A stretch of DNA of 64,000 nucleotides, from positions 682,001-746,000 of the forward strand of contig JAUFOR010000001.1 of assembly GCA_040285745.1 (NCBI GenBank), in the 5' to 3' direction. Every line of letters starts with the position of its first letter. Positions within the stretch are counted from its first letter, which is position 1. This document shows positions 10,272 through 20,610 of the stretch, in pieces. Position numbers and translations under genes: made by a program. The notes beneath the pieces are model-generated. The model saw nothing but the letters and a program-made list of their open reading frames with translations, searched no databases and was not told where the DNA came from. The DNA is from Barthelona sp. PCE (taxonomy: Eukaryota).

Positions 10272-13200
10272 TTATTGTTCTCCTGCCTTGATGCGTTCGA
10301 ATACCGTGCGTGTAGAATTAGGGCCCATTTCTTTGTATTTACCGTTTTTAGCTGAATCAAAATCAAACTCTCTTGTCTCGCAAACATCAAACATTGTAGT
10401 ACCCAATGGCATCATACCACCGATAATAATACGTTCTGTGACACCACAGACATCATCGTACGCTGCAGTACCGGCTGCGTCGAATAAATGATCGTTTGTC
10501 TGTTCGAATGATGCTAGCATTATTGGTGAGCTTGAGAACTTGGCCAAACCAAATCGAGTGATACCAAGTACCTCACCCGACCAGCACATCTGTTCAGCAA
10601 GGAGCTTAATATGCCGAGGGTCAATCTTCATACCGTGAGAATCAAGGGTATAAGTTATCTCATTGATAATGGTTTGTCGAGCAGCCTCGATACCGAGCAC
10701 AGCAGCCATCTCCAGTACTGAGTTTGTCTTTGTCTTTGTAAAATCAACACCAATTGTGTTAAGAACACTCTGTAAACCAACACCCTCAACGACGAGATCA
10801 AGAACACCGTCGTCGTTGGCGTGTAGCACAACACGGCTGATTGTAGGGATACCTTGTATGATCACATCAGGTAGATTCGCCTTCAAAGTGTTCAGTGTGA
10901 ACAAGGGGTTGGAATACTCAACCTTCTTAATATCGGTAACCTTCCCCTTAATAGCGTCATCAGGTACTTTAATTTCAAGGCAGTTATGCATGATATTGAT
11001 ACCATTGCCGATATCTTTAACTCTGACCTGCTTAATGATTGCATCTTTGATTGTTGAAGGTGAAAGCTCGATAAATGACTTCTGCATGGCATCCAAATCA
11101 AAGAATAAACGCAACATGAGACCATCAGAACTATATACTTCATCCATACGTTGCGTAATATGTTTCAAACGTGTAACCAACAATCTTGCCTTAACTGACT
11201 GTCCAAAGTGTGGGTTACGGCTGAGACCAGTCTGTGTCAGTTCGTGACTACTTCTCACCAATGAAGGAGAATCACATAGTCCCGCATTGATGATCGGGGT
11301 ACTGATATTGAGTGTAGCGTTGATAATTTCCTTAATACGAGGCACACCAAGCGTAACATTCATGGAAGCAACACCTGCAAAGTGGAACGTCTTCAATGTC
11401 ATCTGTGTTGCTGGCTCTCCAATTGATTGGGCGGCCAACGCGCCACATGCAGTACCAGGATCTATTGTAGTCTTGACTGTGAGCACAAGCACACGTTCTA
11501 TGAACTTGCGCAACTGTTTCTCTGTAATCTTGAATAAGTTTTCTCGTAAACGATACTCGTCCAGATCAGGGAAGATCTCATTAACCTTAATGATTCGATC
11601 ACTGATATCATCTAAGAACTTAAAGAATGTGAATCGATGTTCCGGGCCCATGACATCGAACTCATTGTCTAACCCATCAAAATACTTATGAAGGTCACGC
11701 TTGATTGCCTCGAAATGATCAATGTCAATTGTAGCTTCGTTCTCATCAGGATATGTATTCTTGATTGTTGTGAGAAGACGATCATAATGTATCGGATTAT
11801 CAGTGTCCTGGCGCGATTTGGGATCAACCATATCATCACCGTACTTTGGCTGAACAAAACGGCCGGTTGAAGCACGAACTGAACCATCGTACTTAACTGA
11901 GAGATCATCTAGTGACTTCATCAATCTTCTCTGCATGTAACCAGTTTCTGCAGTCTTGACGGCGGTATCGACAAGACCTTCTCGACCAGCCATGGTATGG
12001 AAGAACATCTCAGTGGCAACCATACCTGAATAGAAAGAGTTAGCCACGAATCCCTTGGCATCTGGTTCGCGTGAGTACATTGGGAAGTGTGGAAGTGTTC
12101 GATCGATGAACCCTTCCGGTGCACGCTTTCCTGATACTGTTTGTTGTCCAACACAAGCAACCATCTGACTGATGTTGATCTTCGAACCCTTAGATCCACA
12201 AAGAGACATGATAAGAGGGGAGTTGGTCCATGGCAACTGCTCGAGACAAAGTTGTCCAGTAGTGCCACGAACTTCGGATAGTCGTTTGTTAATTTTGGCC
12301 TCCAACGTCTCTTCTGTTGTGCAACCTGGATCTGCAATCAATCTACCCGCCTTCCAGTCACGAATAAGGTCGTCACACTCCTTGTAACCCTCATGGACGA
12401 GCTCCTCCTTCTTTGAATAAAGAGTATCGTCAGGAGTAACGTCTTCGATACCAATAGAGAATCCCTTGTTTGTGAGCCATCTGGACAGACACTTTGTGAA
12501 ACGCAACATCATACGTGCACACAATTGTGCACCAAGGATAGTGTGAAGGACAAAAAACAGTGAATCTTTCGAACCACCGCCCAATGTCTTCTTACCAATG
12601 TTACCTGAGAGCAGTTCAGATTTTCGGATGACAACATAACCGTCGCGGAAACACATCACCTTCTCCGGAGGTTCCATAACAATCAGTTCTTCAGCCTCTT
12701 CACGCGATACATTGTGCTCAAGCATGAATCTGATGATACTGTCTTCTCTCTTAGCAGGCCCCTTGTAGTTGGCCTCCTGGAGCTCAAGATCGAATGTATC
12801 GATAGGATTTCGAATGGGAGCAGGGTTTAGAATCATTGATATGATCTGCTTTCCTGTCCATAACTTACAAGGCATTCTGATGGCAGGGGGAGGAATTTCC
12901 ACATATTCGTCACCGTCAAAAGCACTGGTAATGATCTGTGAGACTTGTCCCTTATCAAAGAATTGGTTCTTCGTCGTCAACAAGAAAGAAGCACTAAGGA
13001 AATCTTGGGTGCAAGAAATTAGTGGTTTGCCATCCTTTGGTGTAATGATGTTATTGACCGTGGACATCAGCTCCTTGGCCTCTGCTGTTGCTTCGTAAGT
13101 CTGTGGTGCATGAATATTCATTTCATCTCCATCAAAATCAGCGTTGTATGGTGAGCAGACGCATAAATTGAAACGGAACGTACGATGAGGAAGTACCTTC

Positions 13201-14879
13201 ACTCTGTGACACATAATGGACATTGTGTGCAGTGAAGGCTGACGATTGAATAGAACCAAATCATCATCGTGCAAGTGTCTTTCAACAATATCATAATCAC
13301 CCAGTTGCTGAGCATGACGACGACGTTTTCTTTTGTCGTCATCAAGTCTGATACTACGCAGGAGTTTACCCTGTGCATCATGTTTTAGGATGATATTAGC
13401 ACCTGGATGTTTATCCGGACCGCGACGAATTAAAGACTTAAGATACTTTTTGTTGTACTTATTGACTCTCTCTGGGAACGTCAGTATCTTGCACACACGC
13501 TCAGGAAGTACAACTTGATCAATACCGACATTAGGATCCGGTGAAATTACTGTTCGACCAGAAAAGTTGACACGCTTACCACTGAGATTTCCTCTGAAAC
13601 GACCTTGCTTACCCTTAAGACGTTGTGCAAGTGATCTACAGTGCTTCTCCTGACTACTGGCAGGAAGATAACCTGAAATCTCCGAGTTAAAGTAAACACC
13701 TACAGTATTCTGTAAGAAATCCCACTGTTCTTGGACTTGCTCGATTGCAACTCCACTGGCTATCTTGCTCCTGATACTCTCATTTGTGCTGTTCATCTCG
13801 CGTAGCTTCATTGTTAAATCATCCTCATTGGTAGTATCCGAGGTTGCAAGTGGTACTGAAGGGCGAATACAAACTGGTGGAACAGTAAGGTTACGCACAA
13901 TAAATGATTCTGGGCGCGTCTCCTTGGGATTGATATCAAGAAGCTCAATATCAAAGTTCGGAATCTTTGAGAAAATAGAGTAAACCCGAAGAGGGTCCAA
14001 CACCTCAACTGGAGAACCAGGCCAGAACTTTTGAATGTTAACATCAAACTGCTTGGTTTTTTTGACTGAGTCAAGCAGATCACGGTACTCAGTGATAACA
14101 TTCTGTTGACGTTTGCTTATTTTAGTTGGATATCTTCTGTGAACAATTCTGAATGAATGGGAAACTCTCTGCACCATGCCATTATAAGCACTACAGTGTG
14201 GACACCTGCCTGGCTTCCACTTCTCCTTGATGGACTTAAAGAGGAGCATGCGTTGTCTAGCATTACCACCACTCTTTCTCAAATATCTGAACTGACGAGC
14301 CATAGCTGGCATATCTTCTGGATTCATGAGAACACGAGAGCACTCCTTACAGACGCTATTGAGGATATTGACGATCCTCGGCATGAAACCAACGTGAAAA
14401 ACTGGCAACGCTAATGACAAAACACCAAAGTGACCTGGACAGTCTTGCATCTTCTTTCCACATGTATCACATATTGAGCGCTTGTCGCACACACCAAGAC
14501 GCCGGTCAAGTACACCATAAGCATACGGTTTAGCAGAATCCTCATGATCATAAAGTGAAGATTCTGAAACGTGAATAACAGCTGCCTTGGAGATATCTAC
14601 AGAGTCAAATGCCTTGAATTGGATGCCTGCAATACTTTTAGGAGCTCCTTTGGGGACTGTCAATCGATATTGGATTGGAGTTGCAAAAGCATCAAATAGC
14701 TCAAGCTCCATACCTTCAGCATCGTCTAAAGGCAGCTTAACTTCCGGTTTGGGGGATTCGTCAGTCTTCTCTGACTCTTCGTTGACTGGAACCATATTTT
14801 CTTCAACAGGTTCTGTTGTTGCATCTACTGAACTCGCAATTGCGCGGGTACCCCCGGGTTTGCTGACCTGGGGCGGCAT
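10272..14879 (-). CDS. RPC1: RNA polymerase III largest subunit
   Basis: YNADFDGDEMN, RLKGKQGRFRGNLSGKRV, Zn site CDTC..CPGHFG, Pol III-type TQMTLKTFHFAGVASMNVTLGVPRIKEIINA, no CTD heptads. Confidence 0.97.
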   Translation of the reverse strand: MPPQVSKPGGTRAIASSVDATTEPVEENMVPVNEESEKTDESPKPEVKLPLDDAEGMELELFDAFATPIQYRLTVPKGAPKSIAGIQFKAFDSVDISKAAVIHVSESSLYDHEDSAKPYAYGVLDRRLGVCDKRSICDTCGKKMQDCPGHFGVLSLALPVFHVGFMPRIVNILNSVCKECSRVLMNPEDMPAMARQFRYLRKSGGNARQRMLLFKSIKEKWKPGRCPHCSAYNGMVQRVSHSFRIVHRRYPTKISKRQQNVITEYRDLLDSVKKTKQFDVNIQKFWPGSPVEVLDPLRVYSIFSKIPNFDIELLDINPKETRPESFIVRNLTVPPVCIRPSVPLATSDTTNEDDLTMKLREMNSTNESIRSKIASGVAIEQVQEQWDFLQNTVGVYFNSEISGYLPASSQEKHCRSLAQRLKGKQGRFRGNLSGKRVNFSGRTVISPDPNVGIDQVVLPERVCKILTFPERVNKYNKKYLKSLIRRGPDKHPGANIILKHDAQGKLLRSIRLDDDKRKRRRHAQQLGDYDIVERHLHDDDLVLFNRQPSLHTMSIMCHRVKVLPHRTFRFNLCVCSPYNADFDGDEMNIHAPQTYEATAEAKELMSTVNNIITPKDGKPLISCTQDFLSASFLLTTKNQFFDKGQVSQIITSAFDGDEYVEIPPPAIRMPCKLWTGKQIISMILNPAPIRNPIDTFDLELQEANYKGPAKREDSIIRFMLEHNVSREEAEELIVMEPPEKVMCFRDGYVVIRKSELLSGNIGKKTLGGGSKDSLFFVLHTILGAQLCARMMLRFTKCLSRWLTNKGFSIGIEDVTPDDTLYSKKEELVHEGYKECDDLIRDWKAGRLIADPGCTTEETLEAKINKRLSEVRGTTGQLCLEQLPWTNSPLIMSLCGSKGSKINISQMVACVGQQTVSGKRAPEGFIDRTLPHFPMYSREPDAKGFVANSFYSGMVATEMFFHTMAGREGLVDTAVKTAETGYMQRRLMKSLDDLSVKYDGSVRASTGRFVQPKYGDDMVDPKSRQDTDNPIHYDRLLTTIKNTYPDENEATIDIDHFEAIKRDLHKYFDGLDNEFDVMGPEHRFTFFKFLDDISDRIIKVNEIFPDLDEYRLRENLFKITEKQLRKFIERVLVLTVKTTIDPGTACGALAAQSIGEPATQMTLKTFHFAGVASMNVTLGVPRIKEIINATLNISTPIINAGLCDSPSLVRSSHELTQTGLSRNPHFGQSVKARLLVTRLKHITQRMDEVYSSDGLMLRLFFDLDAMQKSFIELSPSTIKDAIIKQVRVKDIGNGINIMHNCLEIKVPDDAIKGKVTDIKKVEYSNPLFTLNTLKANLPDVIIQGIPTISRVVLHANDDGVLDLVVEGVGLQSVLNTIGVDFTKTKTNSVLEMAAVLGIEAARQTIINEITYTLDSHGMKIDPRHIKLLAEQMCWSGEVLGITRFGLAKFSSSPIMLASFEQTNDHLFDAAGTAAYDDVCGVTERIIIGGMMPLGTTMFDVCETREFDFDSAKNGKYKEMGPNSTRTVFERIKAGEQ

Positions 14880-14914
14880 TAACAAATGAAAAAGGAAAAA
14901 AAAATTATACCATT

Positions 14915-17401
14915 TTACTCTTCAAACTCATCGTCTGCTAATGTTTCATCATCATATGTGATTTCATCGAGCTCCACCGACTGTGTCAACTGTATATCAA
15001 TAGAATCAACCCTAAAATCTTGCATTTTAGCAAGTAATTCAGGATCAATATTTTCATCTTCACTGTCACTATCAGGTTGAGCAATCATGACCTTTGTAGA
15101 CTCGGTATCGTCGTCTATTATTGCGAATTCTTCCTCTTCTTCATCATAATAACTGTAATAATCTTCTTCATCTACTTCAACACCAAACATATTAGGACCT
15201 GCGTTTGAATCAAATATGTTCTTGATCTCGATTTCCAGTTCATCATTTTCATCAAGATTCTCATACCAAAGTTGAACACCATCTAAAACAGCTAGTTTTT
15301 CTTGTTTAAGCTTATAAATCACCAAAACAAGCATCTTACGCAAATTAGAAAGAACCTCCAAGAACAACTCCTGTTCTTGAACATCAGTACGACTCAAAAA
15401 TTGCTTAAACAAACTTGGGAAACGCTCAGCATAACTAAGACTTGGAAGTACATCAAGTGTAGCCCATTCATCATCAGCGCCAAACAAGTAATCAGCAAGA
15501 GTAATGAGCATGTTCTCAGTTGAATCAAAAAGTACATCCTCACCCTCATTGTGCGCATTGAAGCAATGACCTAATACACGACGATGTTGCGTGACACACT
15601 GTTGGAAGTGAATAACAATCTCTTTTATAGAGTGGTCAACGCCAGGCAAAACATCTTTGGGGAATGATTGCATGAAGCGGATGATACTTAAATCAACAAA
15701 TACAGGGACAAGTTCCATAAAGATGTCAGCATGACTGATATCCGCATGTGCCTGCACGACGTTATCGATTTCTCTGCTCAATTGCATGAAATGATCATCA
15801 GTGAATGGCACAGAGTCGGCCATGAATATTCTTTCGAAAACAAGGTTCTTAACGCGATCCCACATCTCTTCGACCGTCTCAACGGTAGTGTCACGGTGAA
15901 TGACACATGTAGGGTCATAAAAGAAGTCGAGCAATTCAACGTTCTCGTTCAAAAAGTTTGCCAACGGTAAAAATTCACTAGCCAACACCTCTTGTTTGCT
16001 TGAGTTTAGCGCCAGGGGTGAAATAAACCTATCATAACCTGAGCTATTTATCTTGTCCTGAGACAACACAACTCCGTGATAGTTTTCGGGCAACGACCTC
16101 GAAAACCCGCAGGTTGAGTTGACGTCAACAATCAATCCGTGGAGGGTGATCGGTGCGTCCTTGACAGCATGTGCGTTGTGCACCTGAGCCCCGTGTAAAA
16201 CGACACAGTTTCTTAAATGCACGTTACTATGTATCACGACATCCGTTGCGATGATACAATTAACAATATGACAGTTATCACCAATCTTGACGTTATCACC
16301 CAGAATTGAGTTTGTAATAAAAGAATTCAAACCAACTTCACAATAATCACCAGCAAAAAGAGGATAACCAACTTTTTCCATCGAAAATCGAGTATCACGA
16401 CCAAGATAAACATGTGCCATCGAACATCTCACGTTCTTTAAGAAGGTTTCTGGAACCATTGGATAAAAGAAGCGTCTCAAAAATGCAACACTACTGTTGA
16501 ATAACGAAGGCCAGTTCGTTAACTTTGCAACCATCACCGTAGAAGGAAGCACTGTGGCGTGACAGACGTCGCCCATAACAGCCTTGTTATCAATAAAGTA
16601 ACGTACAAAATCAAATAATGTTTTTGAGTATGAAAAATCATCATTCCACTTTGACAAACCACTGGGACTGAAAATATAAATACCTGTAGAACAGCAGTCA
16701 CTGAGAACACGAATGCGCTGCTCTGGGTCATGAGAGTATGTCTCCTGGAAATGCAAAGGCCGTAAACCAACAAGCTTCTCGTTTGCATTAACCAAATCAA
16801 GTATAATATTCTGATGATTGACACAGTAACGAACGTGGGTATTTTCAAAGCGCAGCGGGTGGCCGTATGAACGCTGTGTTAACATAATACTCAACTGTAA
16901 CTTCTGCTTAACATCCTTCATCTTCTCGAATCTCTTCCTCATTGCATAATGTTGACTATGTAGTTGTCTAAAGTCAAGACCAGACCCAATAATGAGTCCG
17001 TCAACGACGATGATGTCGTTCTTTGTTCTTGCGAATGGTTGATTCGCCACAATTTGCATTGCCTTTGCAAAGTTCTCAATCTCAAATGGTACCTCAATTG
17101 CGTTGATAGTGATGGAACTGTAGAGCATTACCTTTGAGCGCAATTGTTTTAATTGCAGGTTGTTTATCACCGAACTTAATCGTGGGTATGTTAAGATGTG
17201 AATTTCATCAACACCACCAGCTGCAAGTGTTTCAATTGTGTACTCGAGAATCGTGGCGTTCAAGAACGGCAGACGAGCAACGTGAAAATCGTCATCGTAA
17301 GGATAAAATCCATTACCAAAAACAAAAGGACAAAGAACTGCAATAATCTTGTTCTGATCTTGGCTCTTGGAACCTCCGCCCTTTTTCTTATGCTTCCCCA
17401 T
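14915..17401 (-). CDS. EIF2B5: Translation initiation factor eIF2B epsilon subunit (divergent)
   Basis: N-terminal NTP-transferase-like region (LPFLNATILEYTIETLAAGGVDEI), hexapeptide LbH repeats (NSILGDNVKIGDNCHIVNCII), C-terminal W2-like helical domain and acidic tail. Confidence 0.8.
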   Translation of the reverse strand: MGKHKKKGGGSKSQDQNKIIAVLCPFVFGNGFYPYDDDFHVARLPFLNATILEYTIETLAAGGVDEIHILTYPRLSSVINNLQLKQLRSKVMLYSSITINAIEVPFEIENFAKAMQIVANQPFARTKNDIIVVDGLIIGSGLDFRQLHSQHYAMRKRFEKMKDVKQKLQLSIMLTQRSYGHPLRFENTHVRYCVNHQNIILDLVNANEKLVGLRPLHFQETYSHDPEQRIRVLSDCCSTGIYIFSPSGLSKWNDDFSYSKTLFDFVRYFIDNKAVMGDVCHATVLPSTVMVAKLTNWPSLFNSSVAFLRRFFYPMVPETFLKNVRCSMAHVYLGRDTRFSMEKVGYPLFAGDYCEVGLNSFITNSILGDNVKIGDNCHIVNCIIATDVVIHSNVHLRNCVVLHGAQVHNAHAVKDAPITLHGLIVDVNSTCGFSRSLPENYHGVVLSQDKINSSGYDRFISPLALNSSKQEVLASEFLPLANFLNENVELLDFFYDPTCVIHRDTTVETVEEMWDRVKNLVFERIFMADSVPFTDDHFMQLSREIDNVVQAHADISHADIFMELVPVFVDLSIIRFMQSFPKDVLPGVDHSIKEIVIHFQQCVTQHRRVLGHCFNAHNEGEDVLFDSTENMLITLADYLFGADDEWATLDVLPSLSYAERFPSLFKQFLSRTDVQEQELFLEVLSNLRKMLVLVIYKLKQEKLAVLDGVQLWYENLDENDELEIEIKNIFDSNAGPNMFGVEVDEEDYYSYYDEEEEEFAIIDDDTESTKVMIAQPDSDSEDENIDPELLAKMQDFRVDSIDIQLTQSVELDEITYDDETLADDEFEE

Positions 17402-17586
17402 GTGTAAGTAGCGTTGTAGTGCTGAAAGTGTGAAAAGTTGTGAAAGCAATATTCAAATCTATTTACACATGTACCATTTGCTTATATGGTAAGCACGCTA
17501 GGATTTAAGTTTTCTCAGCCTCCACTAACCCAATAAGAACATCGTATAAAAATTTCTCACCCATCTCATATTCTGGGCATATTGTA

Positions 17587-19068
17587 ATGGCACGAAAGAA
17601 AGGAAATGATTTTTTGGGCAGTATCAAGGTGTTTTTTGTATTTTTTGTTATCCTAATATGTATTATCACTCTTTCAGGTGGAACAACGGTTATAGGCAAC
17701 AATCAGTCAACATCATCAGCGCAGTACTGTCGCTGTTCCACAGAGGGTCTATGTGCAGTCTATTCTGAAAGCAGCGGATGTGTATGTCTACCCTGTGATG
17801 CTAATCCGGATAAACCATCTCAACCAGATCCCACAAAGCCCGACCCTTCAACGCCCGATCCCGTGGTACCGACACCTTCCAAGAACTGTAATGCAAGTCT
17901 TGATACTTGTCAGGCTCATGGAAAACGTGTTGACGCTTTGTATACCAAATTAAAGTATAATAGGGACGATGACAGGAATCCATTGGTTCTTTTTGTGTCT
18001 TCTGAACGAAAGCACTGTTCAGATTGGAATACAATGATCAATTCTGCTGGAGGTTGTTACCAAAAAACTATGTATCGACTCATTGAGTATCTGGCTGAGG
18101 CCGGTATGACTGTTGGGTTCACGTGTCTTGGATACAGTGGTAACCGTTTTCTTTCACCCAGTGGAGCAATTATTGCCGAACCATCGTATTTTAAAACACC
18201 ATACTTTACAGTTGCAGAACGTGAAATGAACGTAATGCACTATATGGTGGACCACTACGACTCGCCACTACTCGGGTACCAATCCCATGACGCAATTTTT
18301 GCAACCAGTTCAAGTAAGTTGAGGAGTGGTCATGCATATTTTTCGAATGCTGTGCGAAAGGAGTCAACCGAACGGTTTGTGTTCATGGGAGTGAGCCAAT
18401 GGCACACACTTGAAATGAAAAAGCATGTAAGCAGCGTTGATCAAAAGAAGATGACCTATGATGTGTTATACAACGTTCTTGATCGCAGTTTACCTCTAAA
18501 AATCAAAGCTAAGGAGGATAGAGATCTGAATAGGCTCTTTTTTGGATCAGCCCATGGTGACGCACGCAAACGAGCCGAAAATATTGCAATGTCTCAATTA
18601 AAGAACGATAACTTTACACTATGGGTTACAGGACCTTCATACTATTTCAGTACAATTCCTAACGACCACGACAACATTCATTATGAAAAGCCAATGCCAG
18701 AATGGAAATTTTCAGAAACAATCTCTTCATCTTTAGCATATTTGTATCCAGCTAATCACCCTGAAGCATTCGGATGTGTATTTGCAATGGCTAATTCAAT
18801 GGGAGTGCCAGTAATAACCACACATCGAGGTGCTGCGCCCGAAGTCTTAAGTCAATTAGATGAACAAGTTGTAGATTTTTCAAAAACAAACATCAAAGAT
18901 CAATTAATAAGATGGAGAAATGATCCTCCTAAGCTGAAGGCCGATGCTAGGTTCACACCTGTTGCTGTTGTTGGAAAGATTGTCGGTATCCTGGAAGGGA
19001 AAATTTGGGATACCAACTATAACATATCAGGTCCCCAACCTGATTTGGGAGAGCTTTCTAATCAATAG
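17587..19068 (+). CDS. Type II membrane glycosyltransferase, GT-B/GT4-like
   Basis: Short basic N-tail and TM helix, Cys-rich module, Pro-rich stem, then GG..LAEAG.TV, VSQWH and YP..PEAFGCVFAMANSMGVPVITT..GAAPEVL (GT4 signature). Confidence 0.85.
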   Translation: MARKKGNDFLGSIKVFFVFFVILICIITLSGGTTVIGNNQSTSSAQYCRCSTEGLCAVYSESSGCVCLPCDANPDKPSQPDPTKPDPSTPDPVVPTPSKNCNASLDTCQAHGKRVDALYTKLKYNRDDDRNPLVLFVSSERKHCSDWNTMINSAGGCYQKTMYRLIEYLAEAGMTVGFTCLGYSGNRFLSPSGAIIAEPSYFKTPYFTVAEREMNVMHYMVDHYDSPLLGYQSHDAIFATSSSKLRSGHAYFSNAVRKESTERFVFMGVSQWHTLEMKKHVSSVDQKKMTYDVLYNVLDRSLPLKIKAKEDRDLNRLFFGSAHGDARKRAENIAMSQLKNDNFTLWVTGPSYYFSTIPNDHDNIHYEKPMPEWKFSETISSSLAYLYPANHPEAFGCVFAMANSMGVPVITTHRGAAPEVLSQLDEQVVDFSKTNIKDQLIRWRNDPPKLKADARFTPVAVVGKIVGILEGKIWDTNYNISGPQPDLGELSNQ

Positions 19069-20451
19069 TTAATTGAAGTTAAATTGATCTTCTAACCTAA
19101 TAATTGGAGTGTTTTCAGGTTCAGGACTGTTAAGACTTAAGCGTTCTTCTAAAATCCTCAGTTTTCCTTCAAGTGAATCCAGCTGATTATTTTCGTTTGT
19201 CTCAATGGTTTGAAGCATCTGTCTAGTTGCCATCTTATCCGTAGTCTCTGTCTGTAAACGTGTAGAAAGCGCGCTAATAAGTTTATGAGTGAATTTGTTA
19301 TCAAAATCTTCCTCCTCCACTTCAAGTTCATCGGGAATTGAGTCTGTCACAGCCTCTGCCTGTTGTTTCATGCGGTGAATATACTCTTTCAACTCAACGG
19401 GATCAGCATTTAACATTTCGTCTGACTCAACGGTAATTTTATGAGGTTTAGCCATAGGCGTATCAAGTTGCTGCTTTAATGCTGCTGTGTGAATCTGTAG
19501 AGCTTGAGATTGTGTGTGTAGTGACTGTGTTTTAGCAGCAACCCACTTCATGACATCTCCACCTTCCTCAGGCGCTCCACCTAAAGCAACTGGTTCCATT
19601 ACTGCCTCCTTTGGTATTGTTGTCAAAGGGTTTGGCCCAGCGTTCAACGGAGTCTGTGGAATACCAACATTCGTCTCCATCTGAAAAATACTACTCAGCT
19701 TAGAAACCATGTGTGCGCTCTCGCTCTTTGCTTGCATCAGCATCTTTTCAATTGTTGCGCGGTGCTGCCTCTCCGTATAAAGCTGCCTATCGAGGCTGAG
19801 TGTTTGTTTTAATAACTCATCATACTGAGCAACCGAGCTCTTCCTTTCATTCGACCATTGCTCGATGATAGAGGTCATCAGTGACTGTGTCTCGTGGATT
19901 TCGCCGTCGATCTGCTCGTTAAGTGCTAGAATGGCTGACTTAATACCTTGTAAAGAGTTCATTCTTGTTCGTATTACTTGGAAAAGACTCTCATCATTTG
20001 CTGTAAGCTTCAGACCTGGAAGTTCGGGCTGTTTGTAAAAATTCATTGACTCCTGAAGCTCTTTATCGATGTGAGACATAATTGCATCTTCAACTGGTTT
20101 AACTGGTGATGGTTCTTTTCTTTCAGGTTTCATCGGTTTGGGCTGACGCTTCCCCTTATTGGATGTGCGTTTAGCATTGGTTTTGTTAGGTTTAACACGC
20201 TTAATTTCGCTCTTTGTTCTGGGAGTACGACGACGTGGTTGAGCGCTTGGAATTGCGTTACTGGTACTCTGGATGCTGCTGCGTGCCGAGCGCACTGGAA
20301 CATCTGTGCGCGGACGCTCAAAACGTGAATGATCCCTGGGAACTGAAGCTGTCAGCGTAGTGCGTGGTGTAAAGGCATCAGAAGCCTCGTTGGAGTGTAG
20401 TTGAGCATATGTCGCGGCCAGTAGCTGACTTGATGTGCGCTTTTTAGCCAT
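19069..20451 (-). CDS. Hypothetical protein with basic disordered N-terminus and coiled coils
   Basis: 460-codon ORF with heptad regions. Confidence 0.75.
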   Translation of the reverse strand: MAKKRTSSQLLAATYAQLHSNEASDAFTPRTTLTASVPRDHSRFERPRTDVPVRSARSSIQSTSNAIPSAQPRRRTPRTKSEIKRVKPNKTNAKRTSNKGKRQPKPMKPERKEPSPVKPVEDAIMSHIDKELQESMNFYKQPELPGLKLTANDESLFQVIRTRMNSLQGIKSAILALNEQIDGEIHETQSLMTSIIEQWSNERKSSVAQYDELLKQTLSLDRQLYTERQHRATIEKMLMQAKSESAHMVSKLSSIFQMETNVGIPQTPLNAGPNPLTTIPKEAVMEPVALGGAPEEGGDVMKWVAAKTQSLHTQSQALQIHTAALKQQLDTPMAKPHKITVESDEMLNADPVELKEYIHRMKQQAEAVTDSIPDELEVEEEDFDNKFTHKLISALSTRLQTETTDKMATRQMLQTIETNENNQLDSLEGKLRILEERLSLNSPEPENTPIIRLEDQFNFN

Positions 20452-20610
20452 GTTTTGTTTGAGATGGGTTTGTTACAGTAAAACACTTTACATTGTTTAT
20501 ATTATGTATTATGAGTATAATTCTGGAATTTTAAAACCAATAACCTGAATAAATGCGTGAAACAATTATTAAATTGCTTAAACTTTTGTACACTTTCTAC
20601 CAATGATGTT

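Noticed and set aside
10663-14889. Many antisense or alternate-frame ORFs within RPC1 (and likewise in other long genes)
   Set aside because: Shadow ORFs caused by codon bias; no motifs
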